A stretch of 64,000 nt of DNA. Source: Paramecium tetraurelia. Its lineage: Eukaryota. This document shows positions 25,633 to 38,983 of this stretch, piece by piece (position 1 is the first letter of the stretch; each line of letters opens with the position of its first letter). The notes under the pieces are model-generated. The model saw only the letters and a program-made list of their open reading frames with translations. It did not search any database and was not told the origin of the DNA. A program made the position numbers and the translations under genes. The stretch is taken from NCBI GenBank assembly GCA_000165425.1, contig CT868650.1, positions 310,001-374,000 on the forward strand, given 5' to 3'.

Positions 25633-26976
25633 ATGGGAAATTGCCAACAATGCACCAATTTTGCCTAACAAAATCAGACAGCAGAAATTAAAACCAAATT
25701 AACAAAATCCAAGCATACACTGAATTTTGTAAATAAATTTACTCCCAGAAATGTAGAGGGAGTAATAAAAATTCAAGCTGTCTTCAAAGGATACTTGACT
25801 CGAAAGTACTATTTTCATGAAAAACTATTTATTAGACAACTATCCCTCCTATCGACATAACAAAAACACAGTTCACCAATTATAAATAGAGACATTTTAG
25901 GATTTGACACTCTCAGCAATGTCAATGAAACTCCAAATCAACCGCAGTCTCTCATCATGAAGAAAAACATGATTAAAGACAAACCTCAAGAGGAAATAGA
26001 TGAGACTAATAAAAAATCTGGCGAAATCAATTAATTAAGTTAATCAAAATGCAACAAAGACACTCCAGATAATCAAAGTCAGGTTTCAGAATTCAGTCAT
26101 CCATCAAGTTTAAAAAGATAATTCTCTTTCGACATGACAAGTCTTTGCTTTGTCCCAAAAAGCAAAAACGATTAAATTTTAATCATATCCCAAACATAGA
26201 TTAAACTACCAATTATACAAATGATAAATGGAGCCTACTATGAGGGATAATGGTAGAATGGTAAAGCACATGGATTTGGTAAATACATCATGATGGATTC
26301 CTCATCCTATGTCGGAGAGTGGGTCAATAATAAAGCCTACGTGTATTGGGACATTTTAATTGACAGATGGGGATTTTTTCATGGGTCATTGGATTGAAAA
26401 TGTGGTTGAAGGACAAGGTAAATATACATTTGCTGATGGCACTTTTTATGAAGGGGAATGGAAGAACGATTTACCAAATGGCATTGGAATCCAAACCTAC
26501 TCCAATGGCTGGAGATATTAAGGTATCAATGCTATATATCTAAGGAAGGAAGTTTTCTAAATGGAATCAAGAATGGGTAAGGACTCCTAAGTTTTCCAGA
26601 TGGTTCCATCTATGAAGGATCTTTTGAGAGAGATGTGCCTTCAGGTATAGGCACTCTCAGATTCTAGGATGGCAGAATCTACACAGGGGATTGGAAGAAC
26701 GGAGTCAAACATGGAAAAGGAATATTCCAATGGCCTGATGGATCCAAGTATGATGGTTATTACATCAATGACGAAAGAGAAGGATATGGTATTCTCCATT
26801 GGCCGAATGGCTAAAAATACCAGGGATTGTGGAAACAAGGGTTATTCCATGGCAACGGGTAGGTGATTAAACCTAATGGAACTTCAATTAGAGGAAAGTG
26901 GATTAAAGGTAAAAGAATATAATCTAAATTAAACACTAATGCATCAGGAAAAACAAAAACATCTTAAGTTGACTGA
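25633..26976 (+). CDS. N-acylated IQ-motif + MORN-repeat protein (apparent +1 frameshift at ~26342)
   Basis: MGNCQQC N-terminus, IQ motif VIKIQAVFKGYLTRK, ~10 MORN repeats (YEGQWQNGKAHGFG...). One extra base at 26341-26344 breaks the frame. Confidence 0.85.
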
Positions 26977-27051
26977 AAATTGATGTCTTTAGTTACTTAT
27001 ATTAATATTTGCTATTCTTCCATATTTAAAATAATAAATTTAAAATATACA

Positions 27052-27634
27052 TCATTGTTGTTTTTCTAATTGTTTTTTTTTTTTATCTTATTTTTTCGAT
27101 TTTTGAAAAATTGCTTCAAAATAATTTATATTGTATTTAAAATAGAAGGGCTACATCAGTTTTATTTTCCTAGATAAAGTAAGGAGCCCAAAGACAATTT
27201 CCAAAGAACTATTTGCCAATCAATCTTCCAACAGGTGTCTGTACAAACTCTTCTATTTTAGCTTTTAGAATTTTGCTATGGGGAATATGCTTGAATTTAA
27301 TCCAATCTCTGCACTTTTCGAAGGATCTTAAACCTTCATCCTAAGTATTTGATAGCATTTTCTAGAAACCCTTTTTCAATACACTAGCAAAATTCTTAGG
27401 TATATTTTTAGTCTCTCCAGGTCTACTGCATTAAGGGTTGGATCTTCTTATTTTTTTCTTTACTCGATGAAGACTGTCATTTTAACTTTAATGTTCAACT
27501 TAGCTTTTAATAGAATAGAATTTTTACTGATTACATTGCTGTTCTGAAAGGTAATCTGAAATATAAATATCCCCTTCGTTCTAATAGATATCATAGCTAT
27601 AGAAACCACCACAAAGATCGAATGATTCGCTCAT
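27052..27634 (-). CDS. Hypothetical ciliate 'KNIPKNF'-motif protein (apparent +1 frameshift at ~27149)
   Basis: ATG 27634, one intron, then 'ETKNIPKNFASVLKKGF...FFGNCLWAPYFIQENKTDVA'. The as-read frame stops at 27116-27118. The shifted frame runs FYFKYNINYFEAI...QQ* to TGA 27052-27054. Confidence 0.7.
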
Positions 27635-27783
27635 AATTAACAAAAATGAATGAAAGTAATTACTTAAAGATATTAATAAATTGTTCCATATAAATTTATG
27701 TATTAATAATAACAATTTAAAATTTAAGAATTAATCGAATTCTGATAACAGAAATATTGTTATATTCTATTTAATAGTTGTTT

Positions 27784-28987
27784 TCATACTAATAATTCAT
27801 GAATAAATCTCTCCGTTAAACCATTTACTTACTATCTCGTCTACTTAATTAGATTGTCAAGATATTAAGATGATTCAAAAGGTAAATCATTAGTATATTG
27901 TTTCGTCTTTTTTGGTTCTCTCCCCAAAATTAAATTATTTAACGGGAAATCCTTCCTATTTAGCACTTTGTCAATAATGTTATTTTGTAGAGTTATCAAG
28001 TCTTGCAACTCTAATATCTGAGCATTCTGTTCAACAAACAAGGTTGTGAAAGTGGAAATTTGTGGTAGCATCTGTTCCAACTCCCTCATGTCCTTCTCAA
28101 TATTTTGATATCCAGTTAATTACTTCTCCAAATTGGCAATTTATTCTGATTGCTTATAATATTCAGGTCTAATCATGTCTAATTGACTCTTTAACGATCT
28201 CGTGATCTCCTCATTCTCCTTATCTCGATACTCTACTTGTTTCTAACTCTCTTTTAATTACCCTAAACAAATATAAATAATACTTCGTTAATAATGTGAT
28301 TTAATCATTCATACTGATCATCTATAAACTTAGCTTAGTGTTTTAGCTTTGTTCAAACTTAAGCTATTCATTTAGATGGTTATTCTAAATTTATAATTGC
28401 TGATTCAATTTAATCAAGGTTCCTTTATCTCTTTCATTGAGATTGTATCCTTCCATAATAGACTATAATGATTTAAGAGAATAAAAATACATTAGCTCTT
28501 CCTTTTTTTGGAGAACCTTCACCCTTTTTACTTCTAGCTGTCGTTGTGGGATTTCTGCTATTACTGTCTTGCGAGAAAATATCAAATAAATTTTAAGTGG
28601 ATGGCTATAATGACATCAAGTTAGGATAAGCGCTTTTTCTTTCCTTTTTCTCAGTAACCTATATAAGCGTTATTTTGAAAGAGATACAAAATTTTGTAAA
28701 TCGGCCTTCCATTTTTAATTATCTAATAATTTTTAAACATTCTTTTTATCGGATATCCTTTCGGTGTACTCACCCTTATGTTGTGTATTCTTTTTCTTTT
28801 TAGATTTCTCTTGGTTGAGTTATTATTGTCTCTATTGGAGGATTTCTTCCAATTTTTTTAATAATGCTTAAGGTTTGATTTGCTGAGTGCTTTCCTGCTT
28901 TTGAGAGTTTTGATTGACACTAGAGGACCTTTGCGTTTTTGCATAAGAAGAAGTGGGATATTTTTGAAGCAAGTTTTCATAATCCAT
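27784..28987 (-). CDS. Coiled-coil hypothetical protein
   Basis: ATG 28987, several micro-introns, Q/E/K/L-rich heptad-like text including track ORF 27865-28089. TGA 27784-27786. Confidence 0.7.
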
Positions 28988-29076
28988 TTAACGAATTATA
29001 TATTATTATTCATTCATTCTTTATAAACTGTATCAAGAAACTCTTGATATTAATAAAATTATAAAAAACTATACCA

Positions 29077-29597
29077 ATGTAAAATAATCAACATGTGTAA
29101 CTTCAACAAGAAATGACTCCCACTCCAAACGAGGGATCAATTTCTTAGGTGGTTTATCCATCAATACAGAATCAATAGATCCAAATCGGATAGCCAATTT
29201 CATAAGTAATTCCAGCTCAATAGATGATGCACCCAGGTCCTTATTAGCAATCGCCCTATTCTTCGGCTGATTAGCCAATTTATAACCCACAACCAATTCA
29301 AATAGGTAAGATAGTTGTATATTTTAGTTTAACCCATATATTCCAAATACCCAAGCATAATAACTTGTGTGTACTGCTAAAGACAGGTGCAAACGGTTGT
29401 GAATTATGAAGCAGGCACTGGAACCTACTTGGTTGGAGGGATAGTGGCCGCTGTTGGATTGTGGTTAGGGTATGTATAAATTTAAAAATGAAAGTTGCTG
29501 TTTAATACCGTGCTTCATTTAAGATTGTAAAGACGCCGTTCACTTTTGTCCTTCTTGTCAGGCCAACGTGGGAAAGAAGAGATTTATATTCGATTGA
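29077..29597 (+). CDS. LITAF-domain zinc-binding membrane-associated protein
   Basis: P/Q-rich N-terminus, then PSIITCVYCQRQVQTVVNYEAGTGTYL...[27 protein letters not shown] (two CxxC flanking a hydrophobic segment). Two introns. TGA 29595-29597. Confidence 0.92.
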
Positions 29598-29921
29598 TTA
29601 AGATATGTATTATGGAATGTGTAGATTCAATTTTTATTACTGTTCTAAATCCCAAAAATTATATTTAAATTTCTTTATTTAGTGATTGATAAAGTAGTTG
29701 GTACAATAATACATTTATGAAGTTGAATTAAAAATCTGTTGTTTTTTTTGAGATATATGAAACTGGCACTGAAATTCGAGGATCTCTTTCGTTGAAAATG
29801 GTATCTCAATTTTATAAAAAAATCCAAAAGGATGTAGTTAAGTTGATTTGAAAATTTAAAATATATGTTTGTAAATCTAATAATTTTTAAAATACGACAA
29901 CCCTTAAATAATTTAATATTT

Positions 29922-32900
29922 ATGTAATTTGAATCACCCAGATTCAATGTTGACTTGGATTAAGAACTGTAGGCGGAATAAAACGAAGACTTCGAGTAAT
30001 AATATTTGGGTTTCTGTTTGCGATCAACTAGAAGAGAGACGTCAATCAACTATCCTCATCTCTACAGTTAAACGTAGAGTGTGAAAAGTATCGAAGGATT
30101 CGATTAATACAATGTGAAGAAGCTTGAGAATGTGGCTCTAAAGAAAGTTCAGAAAAGTCCCCCTGAGACGAGCAGGAGTCCCATTCATGTTCCTTCCTAC
30201 AAATAGCATTCTACAGGATCAAGCATGATGGCTTTCTTTTTACTCAAAAGGTTTTTGGAGAAGCTCCAAATCAAACGGAGAATGCTGGAAACCCTGAATT
30301 ACACCCATCTAAGCCTAATAGGAGACAAAGCCGCTGATAAGTAAATACAAGAATAATTATAGTAATGTAGTGCTTCAATATTCGAAATCAATATAACGAG
30401 CTGGGTTCACACTCTAGGCTATGAAAAAACTATTCGAAATGGAGTCCCAAATTGAGGAGACTAAATTGGAAAACCTGAAGCAACACTACGAGAATATTAA
30501 AAAACAGATAATTAAAATTTGTTAAACCATCATCAATCTAATTCCCTTAATATAGCCGGAATCCCTTTTCAAAGTGTATTGGGATTTATTTGCAGTTGTC
30601 TTCAGGATTATTTTAGTTATCTTAATACCCTTAGAAGTAGGATTCCACACTCAGATCTTGTTCCAAGACAGTACACCCTTAACTGTAATAATTTGTATAG
30701 TACTAATAATGGACTTTTTTATTAGGATCAACACACAACAATATCTGAATGGCTAAGCTATTAGAGATCGATGGAAACTAATAATGATTCAAGTTAAAAA
30801 GTCTATGTTCATCGACTTCCTCACTATAACCATCTTAGTGATCTTTCTATCATTGATACCTCAAAATCCAAAATACAATTTGTTTACCTTAGTAACTCTC
30901 ACCTAATATTCCTATGTGTATGAAATACTCTCCAAAAGTGAATAATACTCCTACTTCACAAGACCTCAAAGAGGTATCCTGGGATTGCTAAAGTTTATGG
31001 CTACTCTTTTTTATATTTTGCATCTGTTCGGTTGTTTTTGGTTTTGGATTTCAAGTTTGCAAATAGAAGACTCTTGGATTGACTTTAAAGACTTAACAAA
31101 CAAGCCCTGGCAGGTTCAATATCTGGAAGCCTTGTATTTTGCAATTGTGACCATGTTGACCATAGGCTATGGAGATAATGTGCCTAAGAATTCAACTGAA
31201 AAGATAGTGACGATTATCTTCATTTTGGGTGCCTGTTTGTGGTTTTCTTACAGTATAAATTTTATCGGTGGAATCATGAATGACATTACATAGAATCAGG
31301 TTGAAAGGAATTAGAAGATGAGAGTCATCAATAAATATATGAACAAGAGAAATATCCCATTCGCTTTGCAACATCAGTAATTAATAATATTAATATGTTC
31401 TTCAGAATCAAAGAGTACCTGACATATCGATGGAAGGAAGACGATGAAGTAGATCTGGAGATAGAACAAACATTATTAGATCAATTATCTGATGAATTAA
31501 AGGAAGAATTAGACAGGCAGGCTCACAAAGTTTTCATTGAGAAGTCTATCTTACTGCAGAAGTTTTTTAGTGAAGAGTTTAGAAATGCTTTATTTAAAAG
31601 TATAAAGAGAAAAAGTATGATTGTAATATAATATCTTGAAGTTATCCCTCCTGAAAATACCTTCTATATCGATTTCAATGGACAACACCATCTATGCTTT
31701 ATAGAATAGGGACATCTGCTCTATTAACATAAGGATGAGAAATAGAGGTCCAAAATGAACACTATAATTGGTCTAGGTGAATTCTTATGCGTCAAGGAAT
31801 TCATAGTTGAAGATCCTGATATGGAATTATTCAAAGCTGTTGGGTATGTGAGTTTGTTAGTACTATCCAAATAAGATTTCCTAACCATTCTTAAAGATTA
31901 CCCAGATGATTTCTAAAAGTATTGCTAATTAAAAGACTCTATAGTGATGAATTTTGATTAAACAATTCTATAAAAAAGTGTCTACTGTCCTGCATGTCAG
32001 TAGTTTGAACACACTTTAACTAAATGTCCATACATTTAACATAAACCGAATTTCGAAGTTACTATTAAAAGGCATCAACATTCTAAAACTTAGTAGAGAA
32101 CTAGATTTTAAAGAAAGAGAAAGAAAAATGTGTATCTTGCTTTATCTGAAAAAGATTTAGTGGCAGAATTTGCTAAAGTGTACTCCAGTGATAATCAACA
32201 ATCGATAAATTAGTAACTCAAAATAACCTATTATTACGAATAAGACTAGATTGATTGTAATATTATTGATCCTTCAGCCTCAGTGGACATATTTCGAGTT
32301 TCTTCTTTACTCCCTTAATATTCCACTGAAGCTCTAAATAAATAGAACGATTTATTAAGTAGTGTTAGAATGGAACCAAAATCAATTAAAGAACCTGAAA
32401 TTGATATCAAAGGAGAATTGAGACAACAATTAAATCAAGGAAGATTGATCAGAAAAACGACCATGTTCCCCTCTAATAATACTAAATAAATTAAAAAGAG
32501 TCCAACTAATACGTTCACTATTAAATAGGTTCAAGATGAAGATTGGGATGACTCCTTATAAATACTCACATTTTAAAATTCACATAATGACAACATTGTT
32601 CATGTTTACAATAAATTAATTAAACAAGATCTAGAAGATCCTATTATCAAAAAGGCGATTACTTAAATAGAACCATTATTTTGGAAATTGAATCAAAAAA
32701 TGATTGATGATTTTGAAGTCATACAGAATTACGATTTTTTTTATTCATAATTTAATGCTGAAAAAACTATAGATTTAGCCAACAAAAATATCCATCATTG
32801 GCAGAAGGAGACAATTGAAAAAATGTAAAAGTTTATGCTTTTTCCATTTAATTATATCTTGAAATACTTGAAATTGAGAAGAAACAGAATGAATCAAGCA

Positions 32901-33068
32901 ATCATTGAAAAAGGAAATAAATTTAAAAGAGTTAAAAATAAATTGAGAATGATGCAGCTACGAAGTAATCTATAATAGAAAAAGATTTCTACCACATCCA
33001 ACAAAGTAATTAGATTTGGATAGGTATTGCCTTCTAAAGTACAGTCTCGAGACTCAATAATCATTTGA
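29922..33068 (+). CDS. Potassium channel of the CNBD (EAG/KCNH-like) superfamily
   Basis: S1-S6 hydrophobic helices, pore 'YLEALYFAIVTMLTIGYGDNVP', C-linker 'LLDQLSDELKEEL', degenerate CNBD, CPACQQFEHTLTKCP zinc knuckle. TGA 33066-33068. Confidence 0.93.
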
Positions 33069-33167
33069 ATTAAATTTTAATGATAATAACATTATTTATG
33101 ATTATTAATTATTTGACATGTTCTATGTAATTTAGATTATTAAATTCATATTTATCATAAAATAAGA

Positions 33168-33188
33168 TAATAATAATAATAATAATAA
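33168..33188. repeat. (TAA)7 microsatellite in convergent intergenic gap
   Basis: Seven direct TAA units read from the sequence. Confidence 0.8.
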
Positions 33189-33262
33189 GATTTTAACAAA
33201 TATATAAATAGTATTATTTATTTTTTAAGAAATACTAATAATACAAGTAGATTCTATATAAA

Positions 33263-36200
33263 TCATTCATTTATTAAGGAATAATTTAATAAAAATCTTA
33301 AATCCTTTCTGCTTAAAGAACTCCATTCTTATTAAGTTTACTAAGCAGCCCATATTTTATCAAGCATCTAAATATAAAAATATATTTTGTACTTCAGAAA
33401 TAGGGATAAATATTTTATAAACCTTCTTTGTAATTTGCAACTTTATATCTTATTTTTTTTCTAAGATATATTTTACTGGCTTGTTTAAGTTTACTTCTCC
33501 ATTCATTGCTCTTTCTATTTATTGACCAAATCCTTTTTCTTTCTCTACTTTCTAATTTGAATTAATAAAATAATTACAAACTAAGCTTCTTGAATCAGTT
33601 CTTTATTTGGTATTAAAATTTCATTTCCAAATATTTATTTTAAAATAATATCTACCAATTCTGAAAATTAACCAATCTATAAGCCTGTCTATTTCCAAAT
33701 ATAGGAATGCATATTTTTTAGATTGAGTTATTCAATTACAAAAATCTTCAAGAAATGTTTTATCTCTGAAAGTTCATTTTCAGAGAATTTAATGTATTTT
33801 TTAGTTTCTTTATCCAGTACAGGTTGATTTTAATTAAGATTGGCAATTTTTGCAGCCAGTTATTCTTGAAGAAGTTTTGAATTTTTATCCTCTATTTAAT
33901 AAGTGGCATTGAAAAATTTGAAAAATGGTTACAAATATCTATTTATTTCTTTTTCTGGTTTTTAGATATTTATTATTAAACGATTCTGGTATTCTTGGAT
34001 AATGTACTTTTCTATTTCTCTAGCAGCCAAAATCTAGAATTCTTCACTTGATAACTAATAGATAATTTAAGTTGTCGTATTACTTTATGATAATTATAAA
34101 CTATCTTTTTCTACCCGTTGTCTCCTTCAAGTCTCCATACTAAACATCCAGAACGACGAGGAACTCTCCCGCAACAATACACAAACTATTTACAATTATT
34201 TAAATATTTACTGTCATCATGAAACAATCATACATAGAACGAATCATATATCGTATAATTCCAAATAATATTACTATCATAGCAAATAAAGGCAAAATCA
34301 ACAAGCATATCAAGCATGCTAGTACTTCCAACATTCCTATCATTATATCAACGAAAACTCTAAATAATGGCAATATAGAATGAATATTATTCAATTCCTT
34401 GAATTCTATTCTAAATGCTGTCTCAAAATCATATATCAATATACACACCATCAATCTATTATTATTTAAATAGAAACTACCTTAATACTGCAAGAAAAAA
34501 GGCCCAAATGAATGAAGTAATGAAAAGAAAGAATAAAAACGCTGAGAAGAAGAGGATTAGAATTGGTTACAAAATCAATGTGTAAAACACTCCAACAAAT
34601 AAGAATCGAAATACATAGACTTCAAGCAAATTATAAATTCTTTAACAACCTTTACCAAATAGTCCAGAACTCTCTAATTCTTCAAATTCCTTCCTTGATT
34701 ATCTCATACCTTTGTATACTTAATTTAATGTCGAGCAAATAGTTTAAACTAATTCAACTTCTATTACTTCCCCAGTTAACTCATTTATTTTTTTATCATT
34801 GTAAAATGGTTTTATTGAAAATAAAGAATTAAGTCCAAAAGATCCCATTATTCCAAATTGATAAAACCAGTAGTAGCTATCAGAGATTAACATATAGTAT
34901 ATTATGCATAAACTATTTAATTTCCAACCGAAATATTTCGAGGTTACCTTATAACTCACTTCTTTAACAAGTTCAAATTTATTCTCTTCATAAATTATTG
35001 GATAAGGAGGCAAAGCAAAACGAGTTCTAAAATTATTTCAAAATATAAACATAAGATAGGTAATGTTTGGACTTTATTTTTTCTATTTTACAAATTCTTT
35101 TACTTTTTGCTTATACTTTTTCTTATTCTCAGTAAATTCTATAAAAATATTTCTATCAAGAATATTCTATTAGGCTAATTCTTAGATCATTTAATTATAA
35201 TATTGGCCTTTTAAATTCTTCTTTCGAATCTTTAACTTTTCATTAATGTATTATTTTCGATGCGCTGGTTTATTTAAGAAGAAAAACTATTTTTCGTATT
35301 ATTCTGTGACTTAATTTTCATAGTCCGCAAGTGAATTCTATTATTAAACAAAAAGATACCTTCAATAAATCTTTATAATATCTTTGCAATTATTAACATT
35401 CAGCAATGTCTAAAATCTATTTCAGAGCACCTTCAGGCATATCCAAGCTATTTTATTGCACAAATCTTCTTTGAGCATTATTAAGCTATTCGTTTATGAG
35501 TTCCTCAATGTCCTTATTTTAATCATAAATAATGTGATATTTTTCTTCCAAATTTCTCTGTTCATAAATATTTTGATTCTATCGATTGATATATTTGTCA
35601 CTCAATAATGCTACTATTTTCCAACAGTCTTATTCAAACTATTTTAATTGATTCTTTAAATCATCAACCTTGAATTAAGTTGCAGATTGAGTTGCTGGAG
35701 TATGGTAGAGATATTAATATATTGAAAAATTCAAATTCTTATTTCTTAAAGATAATTACCTTTTGCTTTCCACTTAAATTTGTGCTTATTTTTCAGAATA
35801 TTTCAAAATCATCTCTCTATATCCAATAAAAAGTGATGGAATCAATAATGTTTTCTAAGTTATATAGTTACTATTTACCTTAATAATCGTATATAGTCCG
35901 TGGACAATTGAATAGTTCCATAAACTATCAAAGTTTTCTTTGGTATATATAAAATCCCCTAGGCCAGTTAAACAATCTTAAGCTTTTAACATATCTTTAT
36001 AAAAAGTATTTCTTATATTCTTGGTTCCTTTTACAACCCACCTTGAAAGAATCCATCGGTATTTTATATTTGGATTATTCTTTGAATAGACATCGAAGAC
36101 TCCCTCCTGTCTTATTTGATGTAATTGATGATTATCAAAATCTAAATAAGGAACAAAATCATTTTAGTTTATTTCCTTTTAAATTAGATGCTTATCATTA

Positions 36201-36507
36201 TTTCTTTGAATAACAACTTTTTATTTAAAATAAGAGGGTGGCAAATTAAATTGATGTGCCTGTTTCGATAGAACCCAGCTTTATCTAATAGGGATTGTTT
36301 TTTCTATAAGTTCATTCGCAATACTTTTTAATGGTTATTAGATATGATCATTTTATGATAATTCCTAATATCAAAAAACATAAATACTTCTTCATTTGCA
36401 TTCCCTTTAAAATTAATTTCTCCTTGTGGTGGTAAAACATAAAATTTCACGTCATCTATACTGAAATTATGATTTGTTGTAAAGTTTTCACTTATACCCT
36501 TCTGCAT
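33263..36507 (-). CDS. Large multi-pass membrane protein of unknown function
   Basis: ATG 36507, several micro-introns, long code-6 frame including track ORFs 34744-35013 and 34200-34454 with hydrophobic helices. TGA 33263-33265. Confidence 0.75.
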
Positions 36508-36562
36508 TTAAAATGAAAATATTATTTAATGTATATTTAATAATTCAAAAGATTTTCAGCAT

Positions 36563-38805
36563 TCAGTGCTTTCTTTTTCCTACATCCTTAGATTTTTTGC
36601 TTCTAGTTTATCTGGCAGTAACCATAGAAATGGCATTACTATTTTTTTAGCTTTCTTTTTCCTTATTTCTTTATTACTCACTTATTTTATTTTTTTATTT
36701 CCCTTTATTATTTGTTTTGTTTTTTGATATTTTTTTGTTGATTTTCACAGGATTCTTGGTTATTGTTTTTCCACGTAATTCCCTTTTTTTTGAGATTGCA
36801 TCTGAGCTAGATTTTTAAGTATTTATAGAACTTTTATTTTTTACTTCAACCTATTGCTTTGTTTATTTAGCTAAAGTTTAGTTACTTTGCTATTATTATT
36901 TTTATTGGCCTTTATTCAATGATTCATTCTTTTATGTATTTGCTGAGGTTTTCTTTGGACTTCTACTTATTATTGAACTTTTACGTACATTATTGATAGC
37001 CTTACTTTTAGGAATAATATTTTTGATTACATCTGCTGATCGAGAACGATTGTTGTTTGTAATTTGTTCTTTTTCTTATTTTTAATTATTTTATTGTTTA
37101 TTTGACTTGACACTTGTAGTTCTTGTTTTTGATACTGCACTTTATTATTATTAATTTTTAGATTATTTTTATTAACTTTCTTAATTGTTGATGTTTCTCT
37201 TGTTTGATTATTAAAGATTAGAAGTATTCAAACTTTATTTTTGCACAACTTATTTTCCTTTAGTAGATAATTTATTTTCCTTTTTTTCTTGTTTGTCATT
37301 CTTTACAGATGGTACTTATTATGCTTTAGTAGTTGAATAATCTCTACTTCTACCTGATCTTTTTGGGATAACAACTTCTTTGATCTATTCTTTTTATTAT
37401 TGGATTTATCTTTCTTCTCGTGAATTGGATTTCTAAATTGTTTTAACCTTGGATTTTTCTACAGACAAATCGTTGATTTATTTCTTTACTCTTTTACCAA
37501 CTGGCTCTTCTTGAGTTATTTTGTTAGATCTCTTTGATAGATCTTCTTTAGATCCCTTTGTTTCCCTTAAAGATCTAGTAGGTTTTTCGACTGAGATTTG
37601 TTTGTTTCTCTGTTTTCTGTCATCTTGTGATTTATCTTACTATTTCTAGTTCTTTATCTCTTAATCTTATTTTTTGTTTGATTTTTCCTGATTTAATTTA
37701 GGTTCGGTTGGATTTGCTTTTTCTGGTATTTTTTAATTTCTTCTGGATTAACTTGTTTTAATTTCAACTTCAGAAATTTTTGGAGTAGAAGTATTTCCTT
37801 TTGAAGATGTAGCAGATTTTTATTATTATGCATTCTTTTATTATGTTATTTAGGTTCTTTTTGTTGAAACATCTTTGGGCTTAGCTTTCTATTACTATTT
37901 CTATTTCTATTTCTTTTCTTCTTTCACTTCCTCATTTTCTTATTTTTATGATTATTTTATTTCTTTTCCTTGATTTCCCTTCTCATCTTCTTATTACATT
38001 TGTTGAGGAGGAGTTGAATCAAAGCCACTACTTGATTCAACATCCTAAAATGATTATTTAAAATAAGTTTCTTCAAATTCCTTAACAATTTCTTTCACTT
38101 TTCTGAGTTTCTTTTTAGGGAACCATTTTGCATCTTTACCTGTTTTGCCCTTAAACCTTACCAAATATTCTTTCTTTCCATTAGTTCGCTTTATTCCTAT
38201 TATGATATCAATTTAATCTATTTCATCCTATTCATCCTCCATTTTTTGAACAAATTATAAATCTTATGGCTTTTCATTTTATTGATTCAAGTAATTTTAG
38301 TATTCAGTTATATATTCTTCTATTGCGGCCTAAGTAAGAAATATAAAATACCTTAATGGTGTCCTCCTAATTTTATTATGCCCTTTAACCATATATTTAC
38401 TTGTCTTCAGCATTTAGTTCATCCCATAATTATTGAAGATTAGTTAAACTTCCATCGGCTCCTTTCTCTTAAAAAAATAGTACTGATCCATCTGCTTTCT
38501 TTTTTTTTATGAGGATTGAAATGGAATGATATGAACTGAATAATTTTTCATACAGCTCTTAATCCTACTTTGACAATCGATAATATTCTAAAATCTACTA
38601 TAATTGTACCCTCTCTAAGTTCCTTTTCTAAATTTTCCCATTATTTTTTTGCTTACTCAGAATTGTGAATTAGATTTTTTTCTTTGCATGCTTGTTCATA
38701 ATTTCCGACAAACCTATCATATGCACCAATAGGTTTTTTAGGTGGCTGAACAGATTATGATTCTCGAAATAGCTTAAACAGCTCTTAGAAATAGTCATCT
38801 TCCAT
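36563..38805 (-). CDS. Chromatin protein: two HMG boxes + chromodomain + long basic low-complexity tail (732 aa)
   Basis: Introns 38588-38609 and 38330-38351 give a 2199-nt CDS. HMG1 'PPKKPIGAYDRFV...AKKQWENLEKELREEYYRLSKQDQELY'. HMG2 'SVLFFQEK...LQQLWDELNAEDKQIY'. Chromo 'QIDIIIGIKRTNGKKEYLVRFKGKTGKDAKWFPKKKL...IVKEFE'. Confidence 0.85.
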
Positions 38806-38983
38806 CCTGATAAAATAATGATTTTTATTGGTTAATTAATATTAAATTAGAATTTAGAAAAATAAATTGAATAAAATTTGCTAATTTTTATTTTTGATAT
38901 ATTAATAACTATTTACGATTAATGAAATTATTTATTTTCATCTCCATTAATTAATTATAAATTAATAACTATTATTCACATTG

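Noticed and set aside
26230..26920. Periodic ~69-nt repeats that could be mistaken for a CRISPR or tandem DNA array
   Set aside because: They are 23-aa MORN protein repeats, degenerate at the DNA level, with no identical repeats or spacers.
29675..29947. 90-aa minus-strand track ORF upstream of the K+ channel
   Set aside because: AT-rich intergenic composition, TTG start overlapping the channel's 5' end, and no motif.
36600..37960. T-rich low-complexity tract resembling non-coding satellite
   Set aside because: It is the minus-strand K/Q/S-rich tail of the HMG-chromodomain protein. The frame is consistent from the chromodomain to the stop at 36563.
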